A stretch of 64,000 nt of DNA, taken from Monocercomonoides exilis PA203. Taxonomy: Eukaryota > Protista > Preaxostyla. The stretch lies in contig LSRY02000017.1 in assembly GCA_001643675.2 (NCBI GenBank), positions 1,364,001 through 1,428,000 on the forward strand, read 5' to 3'. The stretch's first letter is position 1. Every line of letters starts with the position of its first letter. Below the pieces are notes generated by a model. It was not told where the DNA came from. It worked only from the letters and a program-made list of their open reading frames with translations, and searched no databases. The position numbers and the translations under genes were made by a program. Below, piece after piece: positions 1 through 14,406 of this stretch.

Positions 1-975
1 AGAATCTATTCATTGATTATGCTATTTCAAACATTCTTGAGGAGATTTGTGAGCTGAAACAGAAATTTGAGCAAAATATGAAATATTTGATTTATTTGGA
101 AATTAAACATTTGCGACTTTTCAAAAAGAATAACCCTTATTAAATGTAAAAACAGTTTTCAGTATTTTAACTTGTGATTATCAATATTTTAGCCGGCAAT
201 TATGAACGATTCAAAAATTATGAAAAAAACAAAATAAAAAATACTATTTAACAAAAAAATAAATATGATAACGAAGATGTTGACTAAAATAGATATGAAT
301 TTAATGTGCAAATACCGAAATGTGTTTTCGAAAATTTTTATTTTTCAATTAACAATTTCCATCTTGAATTATTTTGAATGCTTGAAAGAAATTCAATATT
401 ATTACAATATTGGAAAGAAAAAATTTTCCTCACAGAAGGAAAAAGACGAACAATCTGAGAAATTAATAATACTTAAAAAACTTGGAAAAATATTGACTCA
501 TTTTCAAAAGAATGTTGAATATGAAATAACAATATGTGATTTCATTTGCAAAAAATTCATTTGTTTTTATCACAAAGAATTAGCAACAACTTTTTAAGAC
601 TTGTTTGCATAAATTTCATGTTTTTAATCGTTGTAAATTATGTAACTTCACTTAAAATAGTGAATAATGTTTTTTATTTTCGAATCATAACAACTCATTT
701 TATCATTAAAAATATTAATGTGAATATTTTTTTTGATTCATGCAAAAAAAATTAAAAATAAATGATTTCTTTTTTAAAATTTAGATTTTGAATAAAAGAG
801 ACAATTTTTTGTTTTTATCACATCAAAAAATTGAAATATAAAATCGAACATGTTTGTTTTTTCTTTGTTGCCATATCATCCGAAAAAATTTTTAGAACTC
901 AACAAATATTTCGGAAATTGAGAGTTTCATTTTTATATTTATGGTTTTGAACAAAGAAAAATTATTATATGTAAA

Positions 976-1683
976 ATGATTGAAAGCCAATGTGCAAAGG
1001 TGGAGCAGACTTTTTCAAATGACAACGTCTTTTCTTTTTCCCCTGTTACCTGCGCATCACGATCAATTGAAAACAAATTAGGAACTGGAAAATTGACAAT
1101 AAGTAACTTGGGCTTGGAATTTTTATCGGCACATTGTGATGAACAACAAGATGGTTCAACAAAGGATAACATTCATTTGCAAATTGCATTAACAGATTTT
1201 GGTGTTCATGGAATACAAAAAATCGAAAAAGAAATGAAACTTTCTCTTTTCGTTCAAAAGATTTATGAAGAAGATGAACAATCAACAAATACAACTTCTA
1301 TGGATTCAGATTTACACGATTTAGAAGATAAATGCACGGGAAACACATTAGTTTCAAAGGAGAAATGCTTTTGGTTCATTTTTGATGATATACAAGGTTT
1401 TCTTTCTTTTTGAAGTAACTTTTAACCAAAATTCAAATTCTTTATAGTTCAAAAAAGTTTTAAATTTTTATCTTTTCTTCTTTCTCAAATTCACGAAGAT
1501 AATGATATGACACCTGATCCTGTTTTTTTCGAAGATGATGAAATGGATGAAAAGATGACAATACAACATGAAAGCGATATGATAGATAGCAAAGAGCAGT
1601 CTATATTTGCAAACGCAGAGGGTGATGAAAGCGAAATGGATGAATCAATTCAGGATTTTCAAAAAAATGCTTTTTTAGAATGA
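976..1683 (+). CDS. CLNS1A: pICln / methylosome subunit (Voldacs domain); 2 exons, intron 1397-1447
   Basis: KLGTGKLTISNLGLEFL...IALTDFGVHGIQ resembles pICln GLGTGTLYIAESRLSWL...YPTISLHA. A 51-nt GT-AG intron joins in frame to an acidic tail (PDPVFFEDDEMDE...) ending at TGA 1681-1683. Confidence 0.7.
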
Positions 1684-2292
1684 GAAATTAAATGGCAAGA
1701 AAGACATTTCATAACATTTCACTCTTTTCATTTTATTACTGGGAATAAAACCATTTATTTTTAAAAAATGTTTGTTTTGAATGATGATATTTGAAAAATT
1801 AAACAAACATTTAATGAAAAGTCCACATTTAATTTCGTTGATCACCAAACAAATTTTCGTTTATTTTTTTAAAGCTAGTGAAGATGAAGAACATTAGCGA
1901 TGAAAATTAGAAAGAAAGGAAAATAATAATTCTGAAATCAATATTGCGGAGATCAGTCAATGAAACAGAACAAAAAAGAAGTGATTTTGTGAACCTAAGA
2001 AATCTGAATTTTCGAGAAAGGAAAGAAGCTAAAGAGTATTACAAAGGAAAAGCGAAGTTAATAATACAGGAGTGAAATTGTTGGACAATCGTATTTTTTA
2101 TGAATGAAAGTAAGTTATCTTCTCCATTTTGACAATGGAAAAAATTGATGAAAACAGAATGATAATAAAGGAGAAAGATCAATTGAAGAAAAACAATGAG
2201 GTATTGTTTTTTGAGATGAACTGAAGTGAACAAGTGCATTCGTGCAAGAAGAAGAGATTCACAAAATCAAGAGAAAAACGAAAGATTATAGC

Positions 2293-2300
2293 AAAAAAAA

Positions 2301-2335
<35 letters not shown>
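2293..2335. repeat. poly(A) tract (43 nt, one T interruption)
   Basis: Directly visible homopolymer run. Confidence 0.9.
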
Positions 2336-2336
<1 letters not shown>

Positions 2337-2939
2337 GAAAAACATTTTTTTGATTGAAGCCCAAAATTCATATGTGAAGATGAGGGCGAGCAATTTGAAG
2401 AAATAGTTGAAATCTCCGAATCACCATCACAGCATTTTATTTTTTGTTATTGGATATTTACAATGATTTCGACACTTTCAATATTTGTTTCTGAGTCCTT
2501 CAACAAATCTTTCCTCTTCATTGCTCTCATATTCTTCTCAAGGAATTTTTCTTCATCTTCCTTTTCACCTCCTCTTCTCATATTGTTTGGATTTACAAAA
2601 ATTGGAGGAATGTGGGTTTCAGGAGGAAAGATAGATTCACAAAAGCAGTTGAAGAAACAGTTCCATCGAAAATGGATGAAGGAGTAAACATTGAATAATT
2701 ATGGGATTAATCATATAAAAGTAACAAGTGATTTGAGGCTAGAATTTAACAAAAATGAAGAAAGTTGATTTACTATTTTGAGTTTTTTATTTTGTTACAT
2801 GTTAACTTTTGAAAAAAGTATTAAAAAGAATAATGTTAATAAAAAAAAATACTTCTAAAGAATATTAATTAATTTGAAAAACAATGAAAAAGGAAAAATT
2901 AAAAAATATAATGACAATAGACAAAAATGCTTCATATCT

Positions 2940-4410
2940 TTAAGCATTCACAAAATATTGTTCTAAATCCTCACTTATTGGAAGAAAAGGGCTTCCGTGT
3001 AATGAAGAAAGTATTTCACAAAAGCTAATTATCAAATCTTCATAACCTTCTTCTTCTAAAATTCCTTTTGTTTCACTTTTTATCTTATTCCATTTGAACT
3101 CGTTGTATTCTTTATCGCCCTTTTCTTCCAATCTACTCGAAACTAAGATATAGAACCTCAAACAACAGCATAAATTAAAAAATTTCAATGTTGGCTGTTG
3201 GATTTCCTCCAAAAAGAAGTCAAAAACTCCAGCCTTCAATAAAACTTCATAGCTTTTGGCTTCCTTTCGTGCTACAGAATGAAAAAGAGTTGCACATTGT
3301 CTAAATATAATCTGTTCGTCTTCCTTCATCGCTCGACATATATCAACAATACGCACAGATAACCCGATAAACTCTTCATCATATAATTGCTGTTTTGAAC
3401 CAAAAAGCAAAATGGCTGATAACCATCTTTCTATAACATCAATATCCATTTTGTCGATGCCTTCTTTCTCCTTTTTATTCAAATCTCCACATTTTGTCAT
3501 TTCAGTTAATTCTTTGGTTGCCTCATCCACAAATCGCAACTTATTTGCAACAATATCTTTTAAATCATCATTGTCAAACAATCTGTTCATCAGAAATTGC
3601 CAAGCTAATTGATATGCGAGCCGCGTCAGATTGTGGTGTACCTGGTGATATAGAATAATTTGTTTGACATCCTTCAAATACAGCTCTTTTTTTATTTTCT
3701 GACAAAAACCAGAAAAAACGAAACAAATAATGAATAATAAAGTCATAACAGCATGCCACAAGATTCTTTATATTGCACAAAGCTAACAAAGTCATTTCCA
3801 CTTCCTTTTGTGTCTCCTCATCTTCCTCTTTGTTCAGTGCAACTTTCAGAAGGCAAGTCACAAATATAGGAATAGTTTCTTCTGGCAGCTTGCAATAGCC
3901 ATCATGCATCATAAGATAGCATCTGCAAAGATCTGCAAGAAACTTTTCGTCCTTTTCGTCTTTCTTCTTATCTTCTTCAACAATGACATCCCCAAATCTT
4001 TTGGGCAATGAAGAACTATCAAAACTATGAATCCTAAAATATTTCAACATTTTGCAGCTACCAGCACATTTCAATAACATGTTAACTTTCTCCAATGACA
4101 GCTTCTTTTCTGCAATCATTTTTTCCATTTTATTGAACAATTCTGTCGTGAAAACTGATTGAAATTCTTTTTCATTCAAATCGTTCACAACTTCGTTCAT
4201 TTCTTCAATTTTCCGTTTTTGATCATCTTGATCGCAATGTTCTAGAGCAACAAACACTTCTATAAAAAATATAAAACAACATAACATAAAGATACTTCAA
4301 ACGCAATTGAAAATGAACAAACCTGAAAACTTCTCCGTTGAGACCGTCTTAAGAAATCTGTAATTTATCATGCTAAATATAGACGAACTCATCGTACTTG
4401 CTTTAATCAT
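2940..4410 (-). CDS. Hypothetical helical protein of a lineage-expanded oxymonad family; 3 exons, introns 4322-4260 and 3759-3699
   Basis: Two GT-AG introns (63 and 61 nt) join an ATG at 4410 to ORFs 3574-4287 and 2940-3761 in frame. Motifs EETQKEVEMTLLAL, YHQVHHNLTRLAYQLAWQFL and EEEGYED are recalled as typical of a multicopy Monocercomonoides family. Confidence 0.75.
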
Positions 4411-4929
4411 GTTTTATCACAAGAAAAATTAACAGTTAAAGAATATTTGTAAAAAATATATTATGCTGATTATGCAATAAATAAGAAAGACTAGAAACAA
4501 AATACCTACAACTATGATTCAGGAAAATAGATGATAAAAGAGAAATTTCAATGAATCAAGGGTCAAATCAGGCTAAATTTAGATATTAATCTATAAAAAT
4601 TTTGATCTACCCAACATTTATTCTGACAGTGTATGTTTTTTTTAACAGTACATCACGAAATGAATGTTTCTGATGCTTATGTACTTTTTACTTTGGAAGC
4701 AACAATAAATCCATCAACGAAATAGAGGTTTAAAGAGAAAAGGAAAACGAGCAAGCAAAGCTCAAAAAATGTAAATGTATTTTATTTTTTGAGACACATA
4801 TTCGGAGAAAAAACAATGTCGCACAACGCTCACATTTGCGATGATTTTTTAGAGCAATCTTTTGTGTTCCTATTGATCTTGTTCAAAAAAGTGGAAGAGC
4901 TTTTTGAAGATAAATAAAATGAATAATTT

Positions 4930-6102
4930 TTTAATCAAAATGGTAAACGACAAGAGCATTAACTTTTCTTCTCACACGAAAGTGAATCAAATAAGTCAAA
5001 TTGTGAAAGAGCAAGACAAAATGCTTTGAATGGTTTTTGACGCCAAGGCTTTGAAATGAAAAAATTGAGAAATGCGTAAAAGCCAGCTCCGATAACAAAC
5101 TCACAAAGTTATATGATGGGTGCTTCAACAGTGTTAGGAGATGCTTTTTCTTCTCTTGAAAATTATAGAAAACTCTTGAAACAATTGTCCATCTGCAGTC
5201 AGATGAAAAATGATTTGTTAACTATTAAGAATAAGTCTACAATTTTTAAAAATTTATTCATGGAACATTCAAGAATTATTATTCTTCAAACGCAAGCAAT
5301 ATAAACGCGATTTCAGTGGAGGCCATTATTCAGAAAACAATTTTATGAACTTTTTGTTATGTAAAGAACTTAAGGAGCTTTAATTCATATTCTGAAAACT
5401 CTTTACGCAAACTCAATCTTCTTTGAACAAACAAGATGTCTATCTGCCATTCCCAACAATGTCAGCGAACACAAAGACTTGAACAAATGAAAGGGTATCC
5501 TTAAAAATATTTCATATCCTGTTATATTATTATTATCGCACCATTTCAAACAGAAAAACAATCTTTTTTCCCAATCTTCAATACAACTCACTGGATGCAT
5601 TGCACTATTCTTTGTTATTTTTATTGAACAAATATTCAACTTTGCTTTCAACTATTACTGTAGTGCATTTGATGAAAAGTTTTTAATTCCAATCACATAT
5701 TCAAAAGCTGATATCAGCTTTTACGATCAATTGTAAACGAAGATGGAGCGAAGTCTTTTTCGTCTTTGTCTGTTGCGCTTGCATTCCGATGCTTTTCTTA
5801 TTGATTCATGCCCATTCTTTCTTTTTCTTTTCTTGGAAGAAAAATTTCAAACAATTTTTGATATGTCATTCAACAAAATTTTCTTGTTTTCTCACTCTTC
5901 CTTTTCCAAGTCAAAGTATCTTTGAAGAGCCAGAGCAATGTTGAGTTTCGTTACATTCAAAATTAAATTGACAATGGAACATTTGGAGATTTTCACTTTT
6001 ATTCGTCACACTCATCTTCTTTTTCAACATCTGCTTTATCGCTTCATCTCGATTATTCAAATGGATGAGATTTTTTAGTGAATTAAAAGAAATTTCACAC
6101 AT
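4930..6102 (-). pseudogene. Heavily decayed coding relic, possibly a MULE (Mutator) transposase
   Basis: HPVSCIEDWEKRL...LRIPFHLFKSL (ORF 5403-5651) resembles the MULE P..I.TDFE.AL...C.FHL.Q segment. Surrounding frames have many stops. Boundaries are approximate. Confidence 0.35.
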
Positions 6103-6359
6103 TATTTTTTTTTAAAAATTGGAAGTCACTTATTTCTATAGATTATTTCCATTATCATATTAAAAATCAGAATGAATTAAAAATAATTGTTATTTTTTGG
6201 TTTTTTTAAAGAAATATATCATTAATTGAGATAAATGAATGACAAATGTACACACATTTCTTAAACAATTATGATTTTCTATTAAAACAGAAAAAATTTC
6301 TCATTTTATTAATTTACTATGGTATGATCAATTTTGTTCCTGTTTTTTGATAATTGTTC

Positions 6360-8321
6360 ATGAGTTCACTGCAGCAGGATCTTGCCCTATCATGCCCTGG
6401 TTTGAGATTTTATTTGTTAACTAGAATTAAAAATTTGCTTAGTGGCATATGGAAGTGGCAATTTCCCAGTTGTATTTTTACTCTGTTGCTATCTTATATG
6501 CCTTTTCTTTACTGTTCATGAAACGATTCATGTATTCTGGAAAAGCTCTTGGAAGAGAAATTTGATTAAAAAATCGTTTTTGACATTGATATCACTATTT
6601 TTATTTCTGCGTACATTATTCTTAGTTGTACCGTTTCCATTCAACAAACTTGGATACATGCTTGCTTGCGATCAACTACCACGATACCTTATTTTTCTTG
6701 GATGGCAAATGCTCGCACTTTGGCTTGGAAGTGCTGTGCTATCATCATTTGCAAAAGATAGATCATCACGCACTTGGATATCTATTATATTTATTGGAAT
6801 CTTTTTGTTATACATATGTGGGTCCATCGTTGTTAGCATTATCACAAACGTATATATACATATTTGTCCATTCTCTCTCTCTTTTTGAGCATTCTTTCAA
6901 AATAATTATTTGGCATTTTTTTAAATTTAGAAAGAAGATTATGAAGATTCTCCATATGTACATGATAAATATTTTGCTTACGTCGATATAGCCAATTACT
7001 TTACAATTGTTATTTCAATTCTTGTGTATTGGTGTCGTCTTCTTCAAATTTATGTGAAATTGAACAAACATCTTCCATTTCAAGCACGCATAAGATTTCT
7101 TCTTGTATTGATATTTATCATGTGCGCAATATTTTTTGCACGCTTTTTATATGTGTTTTTCTATGCATTTGGCATAAATCATCTTCAAAATCTTCTTGGG
7201 AAGTTATCAGACGAAGTGTTGAATGACAATAAACCGATGTGTGCAGTTAATATTTTGTCATTTATTTTGGATAATTAATTTCCCGGTTTCTTTGTGCACG
7301 CTCTATTTTTTAATACTTTGCATTAATTCTCAGGTCGGTGTTTTACGTGTTTTACATGATATTTTTCCTGATCTTTGAAATATCTCCGTCAGTTCTGCTG
7401 TTGCTCACATACTTTCTTCTTTCTGTGCATGCCACGCTCACCAAAAAGGAGAGAAAGGAACATTCGAACAGAGCGCATTCATCTTCCAGAGGGAAAGATA
7501 AAACTTCTCATTCAGAACGCTCTGGAAAGGAATCTGGGAGGAAAAAAGGGAAGCGAAAGAAGAAAAAGAGCAGGGCTGCCAGCGAACAATTGCCGAACGA
7601 ACCATTTTTGGAGGAAAAAGGAAGAAGACAGTACGGAACGAACTACACCAGCGACTCGCAGGCGCTTCTGAGCGGAGAGAGGGATCTGAAGGACGAATAC
7701 GATAGAGGCAGAAGCGGAGACTTTGGCGACGGAAGTGAAGCTGAGCCGATGGAGTCGCCGCCATACACGTACTCTTCGCAGGACAGCCGGAAGCTTTATT
7801 CGAATGCGCTGTCGAGTGCCTCTGGCAACCCCCAGCTCCAAGCTCAGCTTTCGCCCAACACTTCATCGCTGGCCCACTCACCTCAGCACGTCACTGATGC
7901 CTACAGCACACAGCAGTCATATCAGATGGGATATGCGCTGCCGTACCAGTCGCGAGCTTTCTTTGAGTCGCCTTCTAATCGCCAGGGCGCATCCAGCGCA
8001 GACACAAAATTAGCTGGGTCGCCCGAGAGCGTGTCGTCGGCGTCGAACTCGACCACGTTCACAGCCGAGCTGCTGAAAGGGAAGCAGCAGAAGACGCCGC
8101 GGGAAGAGGATGTCTTTTTGTTGGGGCAGAAGCCTCTGCCGTATCAGCAGATGCAGATTGCTGGGGGAGATGGCGGTGGCAGCGCGGGAGGGAAAGGAGG
8201 AGGGAAAGAAGGGCAGATGAGGGGGTGGATGGAGCGGACGGACAGCAGCTGCACAGAGGGAATTGGAGTGGTGGGGATTAACAGCGACGAGCATCTGATG
8301 TCAGATTACGATGCAACTTGA
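6360..8321 (+). CDS. Multi-pass (about 7 TM) membrane protein, TOM1/THH1/GPR137-like, with a long disordered C-tail; introns 6400-6424 (tentative), 6850-6930, ~7240-7333
   Basis: Hydrophobic ORFs 6442-6888, 7024-7278 and 7338-8321 splice in frame. DQLPRYLIFLGWQMLALWL, CAIFFARFLY and FEISPSVLLL match the TOM1/DUF1084 pattern. The 5' end is uncertain. Confidence 0.6.
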
Positions 8322-9179
8322 ACATCGAGAATTTTTTATTGATTTAATTCAATTGTAAATGTTTCTGATTTCTGATTTCTTTTTCTTTTTCTTTTCACTT
8401 TTTTTCTTTTCTTTTCTTTTTATTTTATTAACTTTATTAAAAGTGTTGAAATTGAACCTGTTTTTTTATTGAGTTAGCCAGAAAGAAGTTGTTTTTATTG
8501 TCTAATGATATCTTTTTAGTTCTGAGTATTTCAATAGAATTTTTTTAATTTTATTTTTATTTAAATATTTTATTTTATTCAATTCTTATTCATCTTTACA
8601 TCAAGAGTGTTTTCATTCTCGTTTGCATCTCATTTTATTTATTTATTTATTTATTTTTAAAACAGTAAAAATTGCGAATAATTTGAGATTGATAAGATTT
8701 TTAAAGTTAAGTGTTTCTGCCTTTCTGCTTTGCATTCATTTTTTATTTTATTAAAAAAAAGATCAATTATTTATTGATGCTCCACTTTCTCATTATTCCA
8801 AGTTGTTAATAAATGTTGAATGCTTTTTCTCTTTCTCTTTCTCTTTCTTATTCTTATTCTTCTCTTTTTCTTCTAAAGAAAGTGCAGAAGTTTTAATTGA
8901 CAACATTTTAAATCTTCACAATTTTTACAAAACGAAAATTTGAAACCAAAAGGAAGCGAGATGAAAAGCGCGACATTACAAACACTTAAAATTATGAGGT
9001 GAGAAATTAACTTCAAAGAATGAGGTGAAATATTTGAATACAGGTTGGGAAGGCTCAATAGAATTAGACAAACAAAATAGAACTTCATTAAAAATCCATG
9101 GATGAAAAGAGATCAAGTGAAGGATGAAAAAATTCAATGTTATAACTAAGTACTAACAACAACTTATCAGCTCAATTGC

Positions 9180-12100
9180 TCAGATGTGTGTCAGACTTCT
9201 ATGAGACGCCGCACTTCCACGCGAGTTCAAGCTGTCTCTTCTTGGCGCAGAGGAAGGTCTGCTTCTGCTGCTGCTGATGCTGCTTGTGGTGTTTGTTTTT
9301 GGAGGAGTCTGACGAAGAGACGAGATGCTGCGCTGGCTGGCAGCAGACGGCGGGCGCTGAGAAGAAGAAATGGCAGGCGGAGAAGAAGGTCGAAGAGAAG
9401 GCGAGGGAGTGCGCAGGGCAGGCGAGATGGGACGGGCAAATGACGTGGATGTGGATGAAGTGGAGGAAGAGGAAGAAGAAGAAGGAGATTGGAATGTGTC
9501 GTGTTGTTTGATGGATGTACCTGATTGCAGCGTCGGCGAGGCAACAGGAGGTGAAAGCGGAAGCGGTGGAAGGCGTTTCTGAGAGCCTGTGCGAGTGACT
9601 GAAGACGCTGACGAAGACTGCCTGGCGCTGCGAGTGGGTGTGACTGGGCCAGTGAGTGGTGCTGGCGTGCCCTCACTGCGCATCCCCTGTGAAGAGAACA
9701 TTCGTCGTCTCAGAAGAGCCAGTTCTGTCTTGCGTGCCTGCTCAGCCTCAATCACCAGGCGGCGGAGGTTGTCGAGCTCCTGCTGCTGCTCCATCAGTTC
9801 TCTCTGCACCGACGACAGATAGACCAGTTCGTCGGGCATCCCTCCGCCTGCTGCCCCTGCCACACCCGAGCCTGAAACAGGCGCTCTGCTGCCAGTCGAA
9901 GATGATCCGCTCTTCAACGTGGCTGTGGAACTCGACGACGACATTGCCTGCACCAGCAGCTGGTGCCTTTTCTCTTCGATGATTTCCTGCTCTTTCTGCT
10001 CTTCGTTGAAAATGTCGCGCCGCAGCTGGTTGATCTCCTTCACCAGCGCCACGTTCTCGTGCATGATGCGTGCAATCTCTGCCCGGTGGTGTGCTGCTCC
10101 AACCACAAGATTCTCCTTCAGCTTGCTCACATTCTTCTCCAAATGTGTTCTTTGCCTCTCTCTTTCTCTCTGCTCTGACGCACCTGCACTCGCTGCTGCT
10201 GCTTCTTTTGCTGCTTTGCTTCCACCTCCTCCAAAGCCTACACCCAACGCTGCCCCCATCCCTCTGTCTCCACCAGCAGCTCCTCCTCTGCCCCCTCTTC
10301 CTCCTCTTCCTGCTGCTCCTCCTGCCCCTCCTCTCCCTCTCCCTCTCCCTGCCCCACTTCCACCTGCCCCTCTTCCGGACCCACCACCAGCTGCAACTGT
10401 CTTCGCAAGTGGTGGAGGCAGATTAAATCTCCCAGATGCACTTCCAGCGATCTCTTCAGGAACAGACAGCTGGCCGCGGGCGTTGCGGAGCACGTATTGT
10501 GTGTAGATGCGCACGAAGTCCTCTTTCAGCTGGCGAGAGTCGTCCAAGTGAGGGAGGCAGTTGTGCAGCTCGTCTTCCACTTTCTTGATGTACTCCGTCG
10601 TCGTCTTCAGCCTTTCGGTCTGGATGGCCAGCTCTTTCTCCAGCCCACGCAGATTCAGATGCGTCTCGCTGATTTCCAACTCCAGTGAACGCTTTTTCAT
10701 TGAATATGTGTCCAGCTCAGCATCCATCTCTTTGATTTGTTCTCCAAGTGACTAAGAATGAAAGATAATGATAAAAAAAAAAAGAAAGAAAAATTATAAA
10801 TAAAAAGATTATCAATTAAAATCATATCACACCTGAATTTCATGTTCTCTTGGAGCGATCTTTGTCTGCAGCTCCTGTATTTTCCAGTCCAGCACGAACT
10901 TAAACTTGTCCAATTCCTGGTTCTTCTGCTTGAGATCCTGTATCCTAAACGCCTTGTCCTTGATTGTGTCTTCTCTCTCTGCGATTTCCTTCTTCAGCGA
11001 CGAGATCTCACCCAGTACTTCCTCCAGCATCTGGCAGCACGTCTGATACTCAATCACTTTCTCCTCGTATCTTCCTTTCGCCTCCTCCAGCTTCTCTGAC
11101 TTGATCGCCACGATTTTGTCTGCCTCGCTCTTTTCCAGCCTCGCCAGCTCTCTTTTCTCCTTCTTCGAGTTCAGCTGCGTCTCCAGCGCCATCTGCAGCT
11201 TCAGCAGCGACACATCGCCACTCTCCATCACAGCCAGCCGGTCAGATGTGTCTGCCTCAAACACATCGGCGATCTCCTTCTCAATCCTCCGCACATGCTC
11301 CTCGTTGTCTGCGATCTCCTCTTCGTACGACAGCCGCTGCGCCTCCAGATCCTTCTTGTGCTTCTCCTCCATCTCTTTTATCAGCTGCTCCCACTCCGCT
11401 GCTTTTGCCTGCTTCTCCTTCTCCAGCTGCTTTGCTGACTCGTCCAGCTGCCGTACTTTCTTCTCTGTCTGCTCGTCCAGCCGCGATGTCGACTCCAAGT
11501 AATCCTTCTCCAGCGCCTCCACATCCTTCTGCCCTTTCGACTTCGTCGCCTCAATTTCTGTGCGTGTTGTCTTCAGCCGCTCAATCTGCGACGTTGTCAT
11601 CACATCGTGTCCTGAGTCTATTTCTCTCAGCTTCTTCTCGTTCTCTTCCTTCAGCGCTGCCACTCCCAGCGTCCGTTGCGTGTCCACCTGCTTAATCTTC
11701 TCCTCCAGCGCCACCAGTTCGCTCATCGTTTCTGCATACTGTGCTCTGCTCACCTGGATCTCCTCTGCCCACAGCTCCTCCTTTCCCGACTTGTCTCCAG
11801 CGCCGCCCATCATGCTTGTTCCTTCAAGTGTCGAGTCGCCATCCCCATCGCCTGTGCCAACAAGAGTCACATACGCACACCCGTCTGTCGAGCAGCTCAG
11901 CAGTTGAACAGGCCCGCTGGTTTGTGTATGGGTGCCTGGGAAGTAAGTCGAAGGCAGCAGGGCTGTAATCGCTCCGCTGTGCAGTGAAATCTCCTGGATG
12001 GGCCCAGCATCGCTCAGAGGCACATTGAACAAGCGAATGCTCCCGTTGTCCATTCCGACAACCAGCTGCTTCTCAGAAGGCAGCAGTGCAATTGCTGTCG

Positions 12101-14406
12101 GTGCAGCAAACTCCAACTCAGGTGAGGCACACACAGGCTGAAGATGCGCATCGAACTCTCTCAGCCTGCGGTCAGAGCACGCAAAGAAGAACTTGTCGAA
12201 GTCAATCGCTGCGGCTATGGCAACAGCCACACATCCACCCACGCCCATCACAGAAGAGGTGCCAAGCAGATCGATTTTCTCAGCCACGTTCGACCCACCG
12301 CGGATGGCCGATGCCTTCGCTCCTCCAGCCTCAGAACCTGCTCCACTTTTGTCGCTTTGCCCAGCTGCTCCTCCACTTGACGACGAAGAGGAAGAAGAAG
12401 AAGATGACGCTGAAGCAGTGATGGGCTTAGCACTTCCGACAGCAGCTGCTTTGAGTGATGTGAAGGTTGTCATATCCCACAGGATGGCCAGCCCATCCGC
12501 AGCTGTTGTGATGAGCCGTGTGTCGTCTCTGCTCCATCTCATCTGCTTCACACGCGAAGAGTGGCCGTTGATGACACCGCCTGCGAGAATGCCCTTGTTG
12601 CTCCCTGAGAAGAAGTCGTAGACTTGGATCACCTGCGACACACTCGCCACAAACTGGTGCCCTCCATGCGAAAACACTGCTTCTCGGCAGCCTCGTAAGG
12701 AGGAGTATTCTCTGCCCTGCTGCATCACAAGCCCGTCGAGCAGAATGTTGAAGAGGCACAGCTTCTGCTGCTGTCCAACCACTGCAAAGTGCCCTGAAGG
12801 GTGGATGTCCACACACGTGATCTCATCACTGGCATTCGGAAAGCTTGTCGCAAATTCAATCTTCAGCTGCCTGTCAGTCGAGACAACTGGAAATGAAATC
12901 GCTCGAATGGACCGATCAACTGACGCTGTGATTGCTAATGCGCGGTGGTTTGATCTTGCAGCACCAATAATCGCTCCGCGATGCCACTGAGGAATAAGAT
13001 CAGTAACAAGCACAGACACCCCACCGCCCACAGTTCCGAGTGAAGTGGTGCTTTCTGAGCCGATTCCGCCTCCGTACGTACCTCCTGAAGAGACATAGGC
13101 GGGTGAAGTGATGCTGCTGGGTGCTTTGAGTCCTCCTGTAGAAGAGCTTGATGAAGCGGAAGACGATGAAAAAGGAGAAGATGAATCAGAAGACATGTCC
13201 AGCATCCCCTTCCGAAGAATATCGCCAATCTGTCCAGACGAAGGCGTTGACGGGGCTCCGCTGGGCGATGAAGCAGAAGAGCCTGATATTCCAGCCATGT
13301 CTGCCATCAGAACCTGCCCTTTCGACGTTCCGATGCACACCACACTCGAATTTGGCTGGAAGAGAGCAGCAGTCACAATCTCGCAATTGTCGATTGTAAT
13401 TGACCTCATCTGGACATACTCCACCCCACTCATCCCAGGAGACGGAGAAGATGCAGGCGGAAGCATCATCATTCCGCTGCTGCTTCCCATTCCCATATTA
13501 CGTGAAGATGAAATGTTCTCAAATGCACACAACGTTCCTCCATCAACGACAACACAAAATCCTTTCATCGTCGGAACAACAAGTCGAGGCGTTGCTCCTC
13601 CTTCAACTCGTCCGCAAACACCCTTTAATTCATTTGAATCAATAAGATAAATGTTCCCATCCTCACACGCAACAATCATTCTTGAAGTGTCCAACCATCC
13701 CATGTGAGTATAATTCTTAAGATTCTTATTTCCAAATGCACCAGGAATTGACTTAATGTTTTGGTCTTGAATTTTAAATACTCGGAAGAATCCTTGCCCA
13801 CAGACGTACACAGCTGTTGTGTCAAGAATGTGAAAGCATGCATGCAAAAGTAAGCCTGAATTTTGAATTTTCAAAGCTGCGACTTGCTTATAATTCAACC
13901 TTGACGCATCAATTTGCCAAATATATAGTATATAATCAGTCGTTGTAAGCTTCGCCAACGCACATAAAAATCTGGCATCTCTTGAAAATGAGATTGAAAC
14001 AATTGATTGACAATCAACAGGAATCGGAGTTTTCAAGCGTCTAGTTGGATTTGTCCAATCTGGAACAACACTAATAAGCCATTTAATGCTTGCTGTTCAA
14101 AGAAAATATTCAAATAAAACGTAACGAAATAAATAAATAAATTTTCACACTTTCCATTTCAGCAAATGCAAATCCACGTATTCTTGAGCCAGAAGGTGAT
14201 GCAAACACTGACTTAATTTGCTTGCCTTCTTTTGTTCCGTGAATAAATTGCTGTGTCGTATCATGCGAAGAAGAATCAGCGGTTGTTGGTACGGTGTACA
14301 AACAAATGAATTTTCCGCAGACATAAAGTATATGCCTTTCATCTATTACAGCAACCGAATTTAATCCAATAGTTGCTCCAAAACTGTTAATGAGTTGAAA
14401 AGACAT
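9180..14406 (-). CDS. CFAP57: Cilia- and flagella-associated protein 57 (WDR65), WD40 plus coiled coil; introns 14150-14093 and 10832-10752
   Basis: Signature KNQELDKFKFVLDWKIQELQTKIAPRE, IMHENVALVKEINQLRR and WD40 repeats. Both introns are GT-AG and frame-preserving. Confidence 0.9.

Noticed and set aside
265-755. Short AT-rich ORFs here and at 54472-55554 and 59817-61192
   Set aside because: Composition matches intergenic or TIR DNA, with no motifs or consistent splice structure.
1850-2700. Purine-skewed coding-like fragments between pICln and the family gene
   Set aside because: Short and interrupted by stops; no family could be supported.
9186-13650. Many plus-strand ORFs overlapping CFAP57 (likewise antisense ORFs in INTS3, DNAI1, XPG and the 40-48 kb gene)
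   Set aside because: Antisense or alternate-frame shadows of GC-rich, low-complexity coding sequence, with no motifs of their own.
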